Assembly: GCF_016433145.1 (NCBI RefSeq) | Contig: NC_058132.1 | Coordinates: forward strand, 200,895,413-200,959,412 | DNA: 64,000 nt | Direction of reading: 5' to 3' | Source of the DNA: Gracilinanus agilis | Lineage: Eukaryota | Shown here: positions 1 to 10,672 of the stretch, piece after piece | Position numbering within the stretch: the stretch's first letter is position 1 | Layout of the letters: each line of letters begins with the position of its first letter | Translations under genes and position numbers: made by a program | The notes under the pieces: generated by a model | Databases searched by the model: none | What the model was told of the DNA's origin: nothing | What the model saw: only the letters and a program-made list of their open reading frames with translations

Positions 1-600
1 TATCTAGCTCAAAAGTCCATAAGCCTAATAATTGACATAGCCCTTAAAGACTTTTAACATGCTTTTTGTCTCATTGGTTGGTATTTATGGCCCTCCACAA
101 TCTGGTTCCAACCTATCTCTCCTGCCTTGTTCTGTACTTCTCTTTCTCACATACTCTTTGTCTCATGTAAACTGGATTACCAGCTGTTTCCCAAACTCAA
201 CATGCCACCTCCCACCTTCATACCACCTCTTATAGTTAATAGATATCTTTGTAGTCTCTAGTGGAGTCCTCTAGGAATTTATTCTTGGCCCTGTTCTCAT
301 CATTCACGTCAGTTTCCCTGACTGGGGGTAGTTTCCAACGTTCTCCCCTAGGCCTTCTCTTCCCCTTTATATACTTTCACTTTTGGTAACCTCATTAACT
401 ACTATGGGTTAATCTGGATTAATATGGGCTTAATTTTCTTAGGTACTTTCCCCATTGTTAGAACACACGGCTTCCTTATCTCTTCATTTCAGAATCCTTG
501 TTTTCCTTCAAAGTTCAATTCAGATGGCATCTCCATGAAGCCTTTCCAAATTCCTCCAGCTAAAAAGAATTGTTCTTTACCTTCTTAAATTTTCTTCTTT
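1..600 (+). mobile_element. Degenerate L2 LINE fragments, including a short CR1-like piece at about 255-305
   Basis: L2 3'-region and RT-derived motifs (…cccctttatatactttcacttttggtaacctcatt…). Confidence 0.55.
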
Positions 601-601
601 C

Positions 602-796
602 TTTTTTTTAAAAACCCTTTACCTTCTGCCTTAGAATCAATACTAAGGATTGGTTCCAAAGCAGAAGAACAGTAAAGGCCAGGCAATCAGGATAAGTGAC
701 TTGCCCAGGATCACACAGCTAGGAATTATCTGAGATCCAATTTGAACCCAGGATCTACCATCTCTAGATCTGTCTCTCTAACCACCTAGCTGCCCC
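602..796 (-). mobile_element. Opossum tRNA-derived SINE (SINE1_Mdo-like)
   Basis: Antisense SINE signature: ttttaaacccttaccttc…gtgacttgcccag…tttgaacccagg…ctagctgcccc. Confidence 0.85.
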
Positions 797-1249
797 TTAA
801 ATTTTCTTTACACACTTTAGATCTTTCCTTTATTCCCATTACAACAAGTACAAGTCTTATGCTTATCTGTGTACATTTAGCATGTGCCACAATCATTTAT
901 TAAGCACATGCTATGTGCCAAACATTTGCACAGAAGATTATTAACTCTGTAAAGGCAGGGACTGTCAAATGTTATTTTGTATTCCCAGCCCCTAGTACAT
1001 CTTACACATATGTAGTTAAAAGATGTCCTTCATTCTCCTTGCTCTCTCACCTCGTTTTCTCTCAGTAAAGAGATTTATTATAGGTTTATTTATCAGGGTA
1101 GATGGAATACTAACAGACAATATGAAGAAAAGGCAAAAGTTCTCCATTTTTCTTGTGTCTGGTAACCCTGTCTGGTTACGAACAATCCTTGACCTCGGAA
1201 TGATAGATCATAAATGATTAACAGGGATTTGATACCCAAGATAACTGAG

Positions 1250-2030
1250 GAGATAACAAGAGACAAATTAGTTGTCCTCTCTGATTTGGAGCCAACAGAT
1301 CAGAAAGAACTTTGGTCCCAGGGTAGATATTAGTAAAGAATTTCTGTAAATGATCTTTTGAATAATCCTAGAAACAATGGAGCTTCAAAGAATGAAGACA
1401 GGCAAATGTTTTTCCGATTTTCAAAAAAGGGAAGAAGTCAAACTATTGACAAATAGTTTAACTTCCATTCCTGGCAAAATTCTAGAACAAATTATTAAAG
1501 AGATAGTTTGTGAGCATATAAAAAGGTAAATGTTGATTGCTCACAAGGACTGCAAGGTTTTATTAAGAAAAGATCATGCCAAACTAATTTCCTTTTTGAC
1601 AGGTCACTAGACAGATTAGAGGAGTTCCCTAGACCTAGTATAATTGAATTTTAGCAAAGTATTTGGCAAAATCATGTTACCCTTGTGGTCAAGATTGGAA
1701 ATACACTATAGTAAGATGGAAAAAGACACTGGGTTTAAAGTTAAAGGCCTTGGGTTCAAATTCTACCTTGGTCACTTAATATTTGTGCAACTATGGGCAA
1801 GTCAGCTTTCTTGGTTATTGGTTTCCTCATCTATAAAATCAGGACTAGATATAACACCTCTTCTAGCACCAAATCTATGATCTTATGGAGAGATGCTAAC
1901 AAATGTTAGATGGATTCAGAATTGGCTGAATGACCCAAACTCATCATTAATGATGACTTAGAACTAGTTTCCACTGGAGTCCTTCAGGAACTTGCTCCTG
2001 ACCCTGTGCTGCTCATCATTCATATTAAAT
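1250..2030 (+). mobile_element. CR1/L3 LINE reverse-transcriptase fragment interrupted by a MIR
   Basis: Degenerate PIFKKG…SIPGKILEQII…LISFFD…FSKxF…RWIQNWL…GVxQ motifs. Confidence 0.75.
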
Positions 2031-2660
2031 CCCCTAACTGTGGCTGTTCCCCAAGATTCTATCCAGATTTCTTCTCCCTCTATACTTTCACTCTTAGTAA
2101 TTTCATTAGTCACCATGAGTTTAATGATCATCTCTATGCAAATGACTTCCAAATCTTTCTATCAAGTTTCAATCTCTACCCTGAGCTTCATTCCCACATC
2201 ACCAATTACATATTGGATATTTCAAACAAGATAATTCAGAAACACCTCAAACTCAAAATGTCCCAAACCGAATTCATTATCTTCCCCTTAATAATGTCCC
2301 CTCTTCCAAATTTTAGTATTTCTGCCAATGTCACCACCATCCTTCTAGTGTCTCAGTTTGTAATCTTGACATTTTCCTCAACCCATCACTCTCTCTCACC
2401 CCCATAAGTCACCAAATCTTGTCATTACTATTTCAACAGTATCTCTTGCATCTAACCCCATTTCTCTTCTCACCCAGATACCATCTTAGTTCAGGCCTTC
2501 ATTTCCTCTCTTCTAGATGACTGAAATAGTTTAGTCTCCCTGTCTTGACTTTCTTCCTACATCAGACCAATCCTAAATAATGCTGCTGAAGTAATATTTC
2601 TTAAGGACAAATCTGACCATGTGACTCCCCTAGTTAATCAACTGCAGTGACTTCCCAGTG
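2030..2660 (+). mobile_element. L2 LINE ORF2 fragment
   Basis: ORF 2006-2407 gives FSLYT…HEFNDHLYANDFQIF…HLKLKMSQTEFIIFP, matching the L2 RT HLYADD region. Confidence 0.85.
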
Positions 2661-2667
2661 CCTCTAA

Positions 2668-2850
2668 GTATGGTAGTATCAAATTCAAATTTAAAAAGGC
2701 CCTCTTCAAGTTGCATATTGACTTAGAAAATCACAAATTAACATTATTTTATTAACCACTTTCCAATTATATTTAATCTGTTTCCAAGGCACGGAGTAAT
2801 TTTTCTGGATACATGTAGTCCACTGGGCCACAAGTTTGACTCTTCTGCTC
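2668..2850. mobile_element. hAT/Charlie-type non-autonomous DNA transposon remnant
   Basis: Resembles MER58-like MITEs (…tcaaattcaaa…gcatattgacttagaaaatcac…gggccacaagtttgac…). Confidence 0.5.
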
Positions 2851-3071
2851 TAAGATACAATATAAACTTCTCTGTTAAGCTATTCTCTACTGAACCTAGC
2901 CTTAACCTATCTAGCCTCTCTGGACATTACTCTCCAGCTCTATGATCCAAGTAAACTGACTTAACACCCACCAGCAACACTCTAGCCCCCATCTCCATGC
3001 ATTTGCTTTGGACCAGATATGCATACCCTTTTTACCTCTGCCTCATAGAGTCTCTTAAGATGCAACTCAAG

Positions 3072-3497
3072 GAAATTCCATGTGAACTGGAATGACCTAG
3101 AAGAATTGATGCAGATTGAAAGGAGCAGAACCAGGAGAACATTGTACACAGAGACTGATACACTGTGGTAAAATCAAATGTAATGGACTTCTGTACTAGC
3201 AGCAATGCAGTGATCCAGGACAATTCCTAGGGGCTTATGAGAAAGAACTGTGGGAGCAGAAACACAGAAGAAAAGCAACTGCTTGAACACATGGTTCAAT
3301 GGGGACATGATTGGGGATGTAGACTCTAAAACGATCACCCTAATGCAAATATTAATGATATGGAAATAGGTCTTGATCAATGACACATGTAAAACCCAGT
3401 GGAATTGCACGTTGGCTATGGAAGGGTGGAAAGAGAAGGGGAAGGAAGAAACATGAATCATGTAACCATGGGAAAATTTTCACAATCAATAAAAAAA
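3072..3497 (+). mobile_element. 5'-truncated L1 (marsupial) 3' end with 15-bp TSD
   Basis: L1 3'-UTR sequence with A tail; TSD aagatgcaactcaag at 3057-3071 and 3498-3512. Confidence 0.9.
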
Positions 3498-5898
3498 AAG
3501 ATGCAACTCAAGCAGCATATTCTGTATGAAATACAGTCTTTCCTGATCCTCCAACTACTAGGACTCTCCCTCCCAAACTACCTTGCATTCAACTATTTTG
3601 TATTACATAACTTTTTGGGGTAATAACTATTTACATTTGTATTTTATACACACACATATATATAAATAAATTTGTGATCCTAGGAGTAAGAAGGGATAAG
3701 CAGAAAAGAGGGGAGATAGTGATGATTTCAGTACATTCATATATTAACAAAACTTAAAACAAAAAATAAATTCATAAGGATATATATGTTCATAAATATG
3801 CATGTGTTTATGTGTGTATCATTTTCCCTAATAGAGCAGAAGGTCATTTTGAGGAGAGATTTTTTTTCATTCTTTGGTCTTATATTCTTAGTTGTAATGT
3901 GCCTGGCACACATGCATATATAATAAATGCATGTGGAATGAATTAGAAACTGAAAAGAAGTTAAGACTTGCCTATGGTTCACAGATAGTGAACAGGCAGT
4001 GAAGTAAGATTCAAACCCCAGGTCTTCTTGACATCAAATCCATTAACTGACCCACTTCTTATACCTTGCTGCCTCTCAATAACAAATAACATCTCCCTTT
4101 TGTACTCCCTTGGGCCAATTTTTTTTTTAATCCCTACTCCCCACCCTAAGTGGGTGCTACCAAAAGTGGCTAAACCCAGATTCTTTGGAGTGAGGTTTAA
4201 TGTGGAGGGATGGTCAACAAGTTTTTTTTGTGGGAGCCAAAACCCATAGATATTGATACATGAAGGAACTTAGTCTGAAATAAAGAAACCAGACATGAAA
4301 CCTCCCAAAATGTACAAAAATGAGTCTTAGGGCCAAATATCAACCACTTTATCTTCTAGGGCAGTCCATCAAAAATGATCAGTAAAATGTTTTTAAATAT
4401 TTTGCTTAACTTTTTTTGTTTGGTCATTTCAGTTCTACCTGACTCTTTGTGATTCTATTCTGGTTTTTTAGTAGGCCAATTAGCTTAATATACCTAACTA
4501 TACCTACTATAGTAACCAAGTGCCACCAGGTGGCATACTAGCAGGCTTGGATCAATGAATAATTAGGTAAATATAGAACAGTTCCCACTCTGCATCAGTA
4601 GAGGGAATCTCTTGCCTAGCAGACCTTAGACCAATGAAATCCCAGGTCTGGCTCAAGAATAAAAATAAGTTATCCTGTGTCCCAAACACATGGATTTTTA
4701 TATTGCAGAATATTAAAAAAACTTGGATACTATTTTTCTGGGGAAGAGGGAGCTGGGACTGGTTTCTTCTGTCTTTGCTTCACTCCACGATTGTAATTAC
4801 TTTCAATTTGGACCGTAAGGACCACAATAATGGTCCTGAGTGGAAGCTGGGAGCAAGTAAGGGGAACATTTGAAGAGTGAGATTTGATAGGACACAAGGT
4901 TCTAATCAGAGTTATTCCATATTAACTGACTAGCTGGCTGACATTAAGCACTTTCCTTTTGTGAACTTCTGTTTTCTCATCTATATAATGAGGATATGGG
5001 AACAGATGAAGGATGGTCTCCAACTATCTTTCTCTTCTAATCTCTAGTTCTGTGGCACATAAGAATCTAAGGATGTTTAGAGGGGAACACAACGAATAGG
5101 GAGATGGAAGAGGATGCAGTCAGGGAGGGTATAGGGAGACTGATGTTGATGTAGGAAGCAAAGATGGATGATGCTGCTTTCATTCAATAGTCCTTGAATT
5201 GATGATCCAGAAAAAGAGGACAGATTCCCTTGAAATGCTGTTGATTTGATTGATATAATGTGATATCAATTCTTAGCACAATGCCTGGGGGTATAGTAAG
5301 CACCTAATAAAGGCTTTTAAAAAAATCTCTGCTAAGATTTTGTTGCAAGTAACCACAATGAACAGCAGAAAGTCAGCAGATGACCAGTCAAGACCAAAGA
5401 CCCTAGATCGTCCAGATGGGATTTTTTTTTTCCAGGCTATGACAGACCACTCTGATGCAGAAGGGATTCTGGGGAGGCAGGAAAGGCATTGTGGTATTAT
5501 AGGAAGAACACTCACTTTGGGTTCAGAATCCTTGCTCTACCACTTATTAGCTGTATATTGCCAAAACTAGTCACAATTCTTTAGGACTCAATTGCTTTAT
5601 CTGTAAAATGAGGGAGTTAGATTGTTATTTCTAAATTTTTCCACACTAAATTTGTGATCCTAGGAGTAAGAGGGGATGAATAAAGAAGAAGAGAGACAGT
5701 AATGATTTCAATGTATTTATATATTAACAAAACTCACAGCATGAAAAAAAAAACAAGCTCACATCATAAGGATATATTTCCTTGCAGTGGAACCTGAATA
5801 GGGTATACAGTCTGTAACCCAAAAGATCCCAGGTGGCCTGACAGAGGCTCAGTGACAGAACAGAAGTCCAGCTTCAGATGTCTTTGAAATATCCAGGG

Positions 5899-5951
5899 CA
5901 CTTTTATGTACAGAAACAAGAACCCTGCTGATCAGCTTCTAGCCCAGCAGG

Positions 5952-5993
<42 letters not shown>

Positions 5994-6050
5994 CACTTTT
6001 ATGTTCAGAAACAAGAACCCTGCTGATCAGCTTCTAGCCCAGCAGGACAC
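5899..6050. repeat. 57-bp direct tandem duplication separated by a (CA)n tract
   Basis: cacttttatgt(a/t)cagaaacaagaaccctgctgatcagcttctagcccagcaggacac at 5899 and 5994. Confidence 0.95.
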
Positions 6051-6113
6051 GGACACCACACACTCATACTCTTCTCCCTACAACTTCAATTTTCATTAAA
6101 GACATCAAGTTAG

Positions 6114-6330
6114 GAGACAGTTACATGACTCAGTGGATTGAGAACCAGACTTAGAGATGGAAGGTCCTGGGTTCATATCTGGTCCCAGATATTTCCTAGG
6201 AAAGTCATTTAACCCCCACTGCCTAGCCCTTACCATTCTTCTGTCTTGGAACCAATACACAGTATTGATTCAGATCAATGGATCTGAATTCAGATCAAGA
6301 TGGAAAGTAAGGATTTAAAAAAAAAAAAAA
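6114..6330 (+). mobile_element. SINE1_Mdo-like SINE with TSD, downstream of the APOA5 stop
   Basis: tRNA-like head, A tail; flanking aaagacatcaa repeats. Confidence 0.85.
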
Positions 6331-6708
6331 AGACATCAAATCAGCCCCATGGACTAGTAGTGGCTAGAAGCTGGCTGGCTAGAAGCAAGCACCCTGATCC
6401 AAGACAATCCCACTTAACTAGGGACTTAGCAAGTTGGCTTGCAGCTAGGCAGAAATTTTCAAAGTGGCCTTTGTGACTCTGGTCCCTTGGCTGAGACATC
6501 ATTCTTGATTCATGAGCAGGAAGATGGAAAACATGGATTTTCAAAGCCTGGCAATTAAAATATATCTGGACAAGAGAACTGATGAAAGGATGTTGGTCTC
6601 ACAGCTGAGGATAACCTGCTAGGCTGAGGCCATGGCCTCAGCCATTGGGATACGTCCGAGTCTTGCTTAGAGTCAGCCAATTTTGGTCTTGGGGCCTGAG
6701 AAAGGTCT

Positions 6709-7660
6709 TCAGGGAGCACCAGACAGACCAGGCCCCTGATCTTGGAGATTATAGTGAATGTCTTCCCAAAGAGCATCTAGGCGAGATCTTAGGTCTCCCA
6801 GCACCTTCCTGTCCCTATTCCCCCCAAGCAGCTCTGGAGAGAAGGCGTTGGGAGGTGGAGCCAGCTGCTGTTGCAGTTCCTCTGTTTCACGGGCAATGGC
6901 TCTAGTGAAATCAGCAATCTCCTGGAAGGTATCCAGACGAAAGGCCTCCAGCCTCAGTTGTATCTCCTTTGTCAGCACCTCGGAGTCCAGCCCAGAATTT
7001 TCCCCTGACCCTACCATATCCTTGTCCTCCCTGGCCCCAGCATAAGCACTGAGTTCATCTCGTAGCTGGTCCAGATTGTGCTGGATATGGGTGTGCAGGG
7101 CCTGGGCTTTAAGGGTCAGTTTATTTGACAGATCCTGGATATAACGGCTGAGGCGAACTGGGCTAGTAGCAGCATGTGGGGCCACATTGCGGTGCAGTTC
7201 CCGAACATGCTGTCCAATTCCTGTTACCAGCTTCTCAGCATAGGGGTGGAACAGTTCTTTTACCCGCCCCGTATGATGAGCCACTTGTTCCTGAAATTCC
7301 TGAAACAGGTCCCGGGCCTCGTTCATACCCCCTAGCAATTGGTTCTTGGTATCCTCCCCAACCATCCTTAGCTGTTCTTGCAGCTGCTGGACACCTACAG
7401 CTAATTGTTCCATCAGCTCCACCGTATAGGGTTTGAGTTGTCTTCTTAACCCTTCTAGATTCCAACCCACACGCTGATGGACCTCCTGGGTATAAGGGGC
7501 CAGCCTGCTCCTCACCTCTTCCAGCTCCTTGTGCAGTTGGTCCTGCAGCTCTTTTGAATCCAGAAAAGGCAGAGAGTCTTTTTGACCTGCCAAGGGCCCT
7601 AGCTTCTCCAAGAAACTGTCCATATTACTGAGGTCTTGTTCAATGTTGGCTTTCAGGTTC
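6709..7660 (-). CDS. APOA5: Apolipoprotein A-V, last coding exon (exon 4)
   Basis: ORF translates as [10 protein letters not shown]...[16 protein letters not shown]...[15 protein letters not shown]...RLDALWED, hallmark ApoA-V motifs. Acceptor ttctccctag| at 7661; TGA at 6709-6711. Joined CDS 49+112+952=1113 nt (370 aa). Confidence 0.97.
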
Positions 7661-8429
7661 CTAGGGAGAAGGAATGCAAACATGTACTGGCCCAGACTGT
7701 TTGTTTTCTGGACTTTCCTAACATATATTCATATCCCTGACCTACACCTCCCAGGATTTAATTCCACTTTCCTCCCAGAGAAACCAAGATATTGAGCAGG
7801 AAAGAAAGTTGCCTCCAGTATCAGTCTAACTCTAGTCAGACTCTCTAGTCCAATGTATTTTGGAGAGCACATACAGACATGGATACATATAAATACATGC
7901 CAAAACCCTTTGAGATTGCCCTTTTTTCTTTCTTCTCACTGTCATAGTTGCTGATGATCTGGGACAGAGAGGTGGTTGTTCAACTCCTTGAACCATGGAG
8001 AACAACCCTATGATACTAGACCTCATGGGGAAGGGAAGGCTGTATGGTAGGGGTTGAATAAGACTTAAGCCACAAAGAACTGAATCTTTACTTACTACCT
8101 TTAATGTGACTGACCCAAGTCTAGGCATTTGAGCAGAATAGGGCTAGAAGGCCCAGAACGAGAGAGGAATGACAGAAAAAAACTTGGTCATTAGCCAGGT
8201 TTGGATTTGGGAGGGGGAGGAGATTTGTTTTGACATAAGGGATTGGCTCAAAAGTGGAGAACGTAATAGATTAACAATCAACCATCGGTGAAAGGATGGG
8301 CAGGATGGGAAATAATAGTCATACCATTGGGGGAAATCTTCCATGTGGCTACCAGGGGTTTCCTTTCCTCCTCCCCATCCTCTGCCATCTGACCCTAACT
8401 TCTTAGAGCAACTAGCTCTGGTCACTCAC

Positions 8430-8541
8430 GGAAACTCCTTGCTGAGCTTCTGCTGTTCCATCTGTTGTATCTGGCCCTTCTCCTGACCACTCTTGATGAA
8501 GTATTTCCAGAAACCTTTGTGCCCCTGAGACGCTGTTGACC
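8430..8541 (-). CDS. APOA5: Apolipoprotein A-V exon 3 (112 bp)
   Basis: Acceptor tttctccacag|, donor |GTGAGT. Encodes STASQGHKGFWKYFIKSGQEKGQIQQMEQQKLSKEFP, matching human ATQARKGFWDYF; phases fit the neighbouring exons. Confidence 0.95.
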
Positions 8542-9006
8542 CTGTGGAGAAATTGGAATTGAGGCTAGGCTGAGGAGAAAGGGACATTTCATGAATACCT
8601 TAATCTCGTCCCTTCTTCCATAGAGGTCTATCCTCCCTTGAAGTCCAAGAAAGAAGAGAGTTTCCAGGACAGGAAGAATACCCCAAAAGAAAGAGACTAG
8701 AAGAGAACTCAAAGGTCTGGCTCAACCCTCTAATTTTGAAGAGGAGGAAACTAAGGTTTAGATTAGGAGAAGTGACTTGCTCAAAGTCATAGAACTAATA
8801 AATGGCAGAGCCAGGATTTGAAGCCAGATCTTCTCATTCTTGACCAATGTTCATTCTAGGCCTACGAGCCAAAAATTCACACCTTGGCTCTCTTCTTACA
8901 TCCTGACTTTTACATGGTGAAAGATTTGATTCAAATCATTTCTGCTCAGGTGTCTACTATGTTTCCCCTGCCCTCAAGGAGCATACATTCTAATAGAGGA
9001 GCTAAG

Positions 9007-9007
<1 letters not shown>

Positions 9008-9060
<53 letters not shown>
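9008..9060. repeat. (CA)n microsatellite in APOA5 intron 2
   Basis: Perfect CA run. Confidence 0.95.
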
Positions 9061-9062
<2 letters not shown>

Positions 9063-9701
9063 AATAAAGACAAGGCTATTACAAAGCACTGGGAGAGGTT
9101 CATTAACAAATGCCTAAATTCAAACTAATAGGGATTAAAAACCAAGTTGTATAGTTAGCTGACCTGAGCTCACTTCCAAATAATTTGGATCCACAGAAGC
9201 TCCAAAGTGAAGCTCTGACATGAAAATTCTTAAACCTTGCCCCTTAAGCCAGGCTCTAGGGCACTTGGAAATTGACCCAGTCATACAGAATCAGTCAATC
9301 AATCAATAAACATTTTTTAAGCTAGTATGTGTCAGCATTGTGCTAAGCACTAGGGATACAAAAAGAGGAAAAAGATAGCTTCTGCCTTCAAGGAGCTCAC
9401 AATCTTACATATCAACCGACCAATATGCATTTATTAAATACTCCCTATGGATGAAGCATTATGCTTAGTCTAGAGGATAAGAAGACAGAAATGAGAGTCC
9501 TTACCCTCAAGGAGTTTACATTCTAACAGGAGAAACATGTACATGTGAGAATATACAGAATCTATACAAAGTGAATAGAAGGTAGTTCTGGGAGGAGATA
9601 CCCTAGCAGCTAATGGGCGGGGGACAGAGGAAGAAAGAAGGCATTTGAACCTACTACCCCGATCTTATTCTACCATTATAGCCAGGGAAGAGAGCACCCA
9701 C

Positions 9702-9750
9702 CTGAGAGGAGGGCCAGAACCAAGGCCAAGACTGTTGTTATCACTGCCAT
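9702..9750 (-). CDS. APOA5: Apolipoprotein A-V exon 2 coding part (signal peptide MAVITTVLALVLALLS); whole exon 9702-9758
   Basis: Acceptor cctctttctcag|GGTGGATC-ATG; 49 coding nt; donor TCAG|GTGGGT; hydrophobic signal peptide. Confidence 0.93.
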
Positions 9751-10304
9751 GATCCACCCTGAGAAAGAGGAAAAGTAAATGGAGTCAGAAGATTTGGGGG
9801 AAGGGAACTAAAAGTCAATGAATGTCAGAGCTGAGAGAGATCCTCAAGATCACCTAGCCCTAGCCATTCTTCTGCAGAGCTCTCTGTAACCATTCCCAGG
9901 AGGACAGGATGTAGAATTTCCTTCAAATTCTGATTCCAGAGCTAAGGTTCTGAGAGGAGAACATCATGGGCAGATGATGGAAAGGAAGAGGGCTTTTCCC
10001 AAAGATGAAGATGTCCCTATGTCTCACTCACACAGAAAAGATTCACTTTATAAATTATCCTACCACAGGCGAGAGCCCCAAGAAAAGAAATAGGTCTAGA
10101 TGGAAAGTTGGGCTTCTGCTTGTGCCATTTAGTCATCTGTCCTCTCACTTCAGCCTCCCATTTCACAGATGGAAAAGTTGAGGCAAGGGAAGAAAGTACT
10201 CGTGGCCCAGTTTCCTAGTTCTTGCCCACCCCCATTTCTTTACCATAACCTCCTCCCTTGATCTTTCTCTCCTAAGAGGCTAGGACACTATCCTTCCCTC
10301 TCAC

Positions 10305-10325
10305 CTGCCCAGAATACCAGTTCTA
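10305..10325 (-). other. APOA5: APOA5 short non-coding exon 1 (TSS approximate)
   Basis: Donor CAG|GTGAG at 10305/10304, about 45 nt downstream of the TATA box. Confidence 0.7.
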
Positions 10326-10348
10326 GTCATAAGGAGCAAGCATTCAGC

Positions 10349-10672
10349 TTTATATCCCAGTGACCTGTGCCTTTGGCAAAGGCTACTTCGGGCAAACACC
10401 ACGTGGAGGTCTAAAGAAGAATGACCTCAACTACTATACAGCACTCACCTACCACCAATGGAAAGTGCCAGTTAACTCTTCACTGCCCAAGAATGAGCTA
10501 ATGCTTGTTGAGTGGCCCAATTCCATAATACAAGCTCTTTTGAGATTAATTGACACCAACCTTTATTCTTTCCAGGATGCTGATGCTAAGGAAGCGACAC
10601 ATCATGGAAATTTTCAGTAAGGACAAAGACAGCTTCCTATCTGGTTCCTCTAAAACCTAGGACCTTTAACCT
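10349..10672 (-). promoter_or_regulatory. APOA5: APOA5 proximal promoter: TATA (10349-55), DR1-like site (10361-74), FOXA-like TGTTTGC (10392-98), E-box CACGTG (10400-05), inverted half-sites (10407-27), DR1/PPRE AGGTTA-A-AGGTCC (10660-72)
   Basis: Motifs read directly; their order matches the human APOA5 promoter as I recall it. Confidence 0.8.

Noticed and set aside
7120-7125. Canonical AATAAA inside the APOA5 CDS (Asn-Lys codons)
   Set aside because: No U/GU-rich downstream element follows; most simply a by-product of the R210N codon.
6645-7465. Several ORFs overlapping APOA5 exon 4 (6645-6905, 6758-7045, 7176-7436, 7235-7465)
   Set aside because: Antisense or shifted-frame shadows of a GC-rich, periodic coding exon; no independent homology or splice support.
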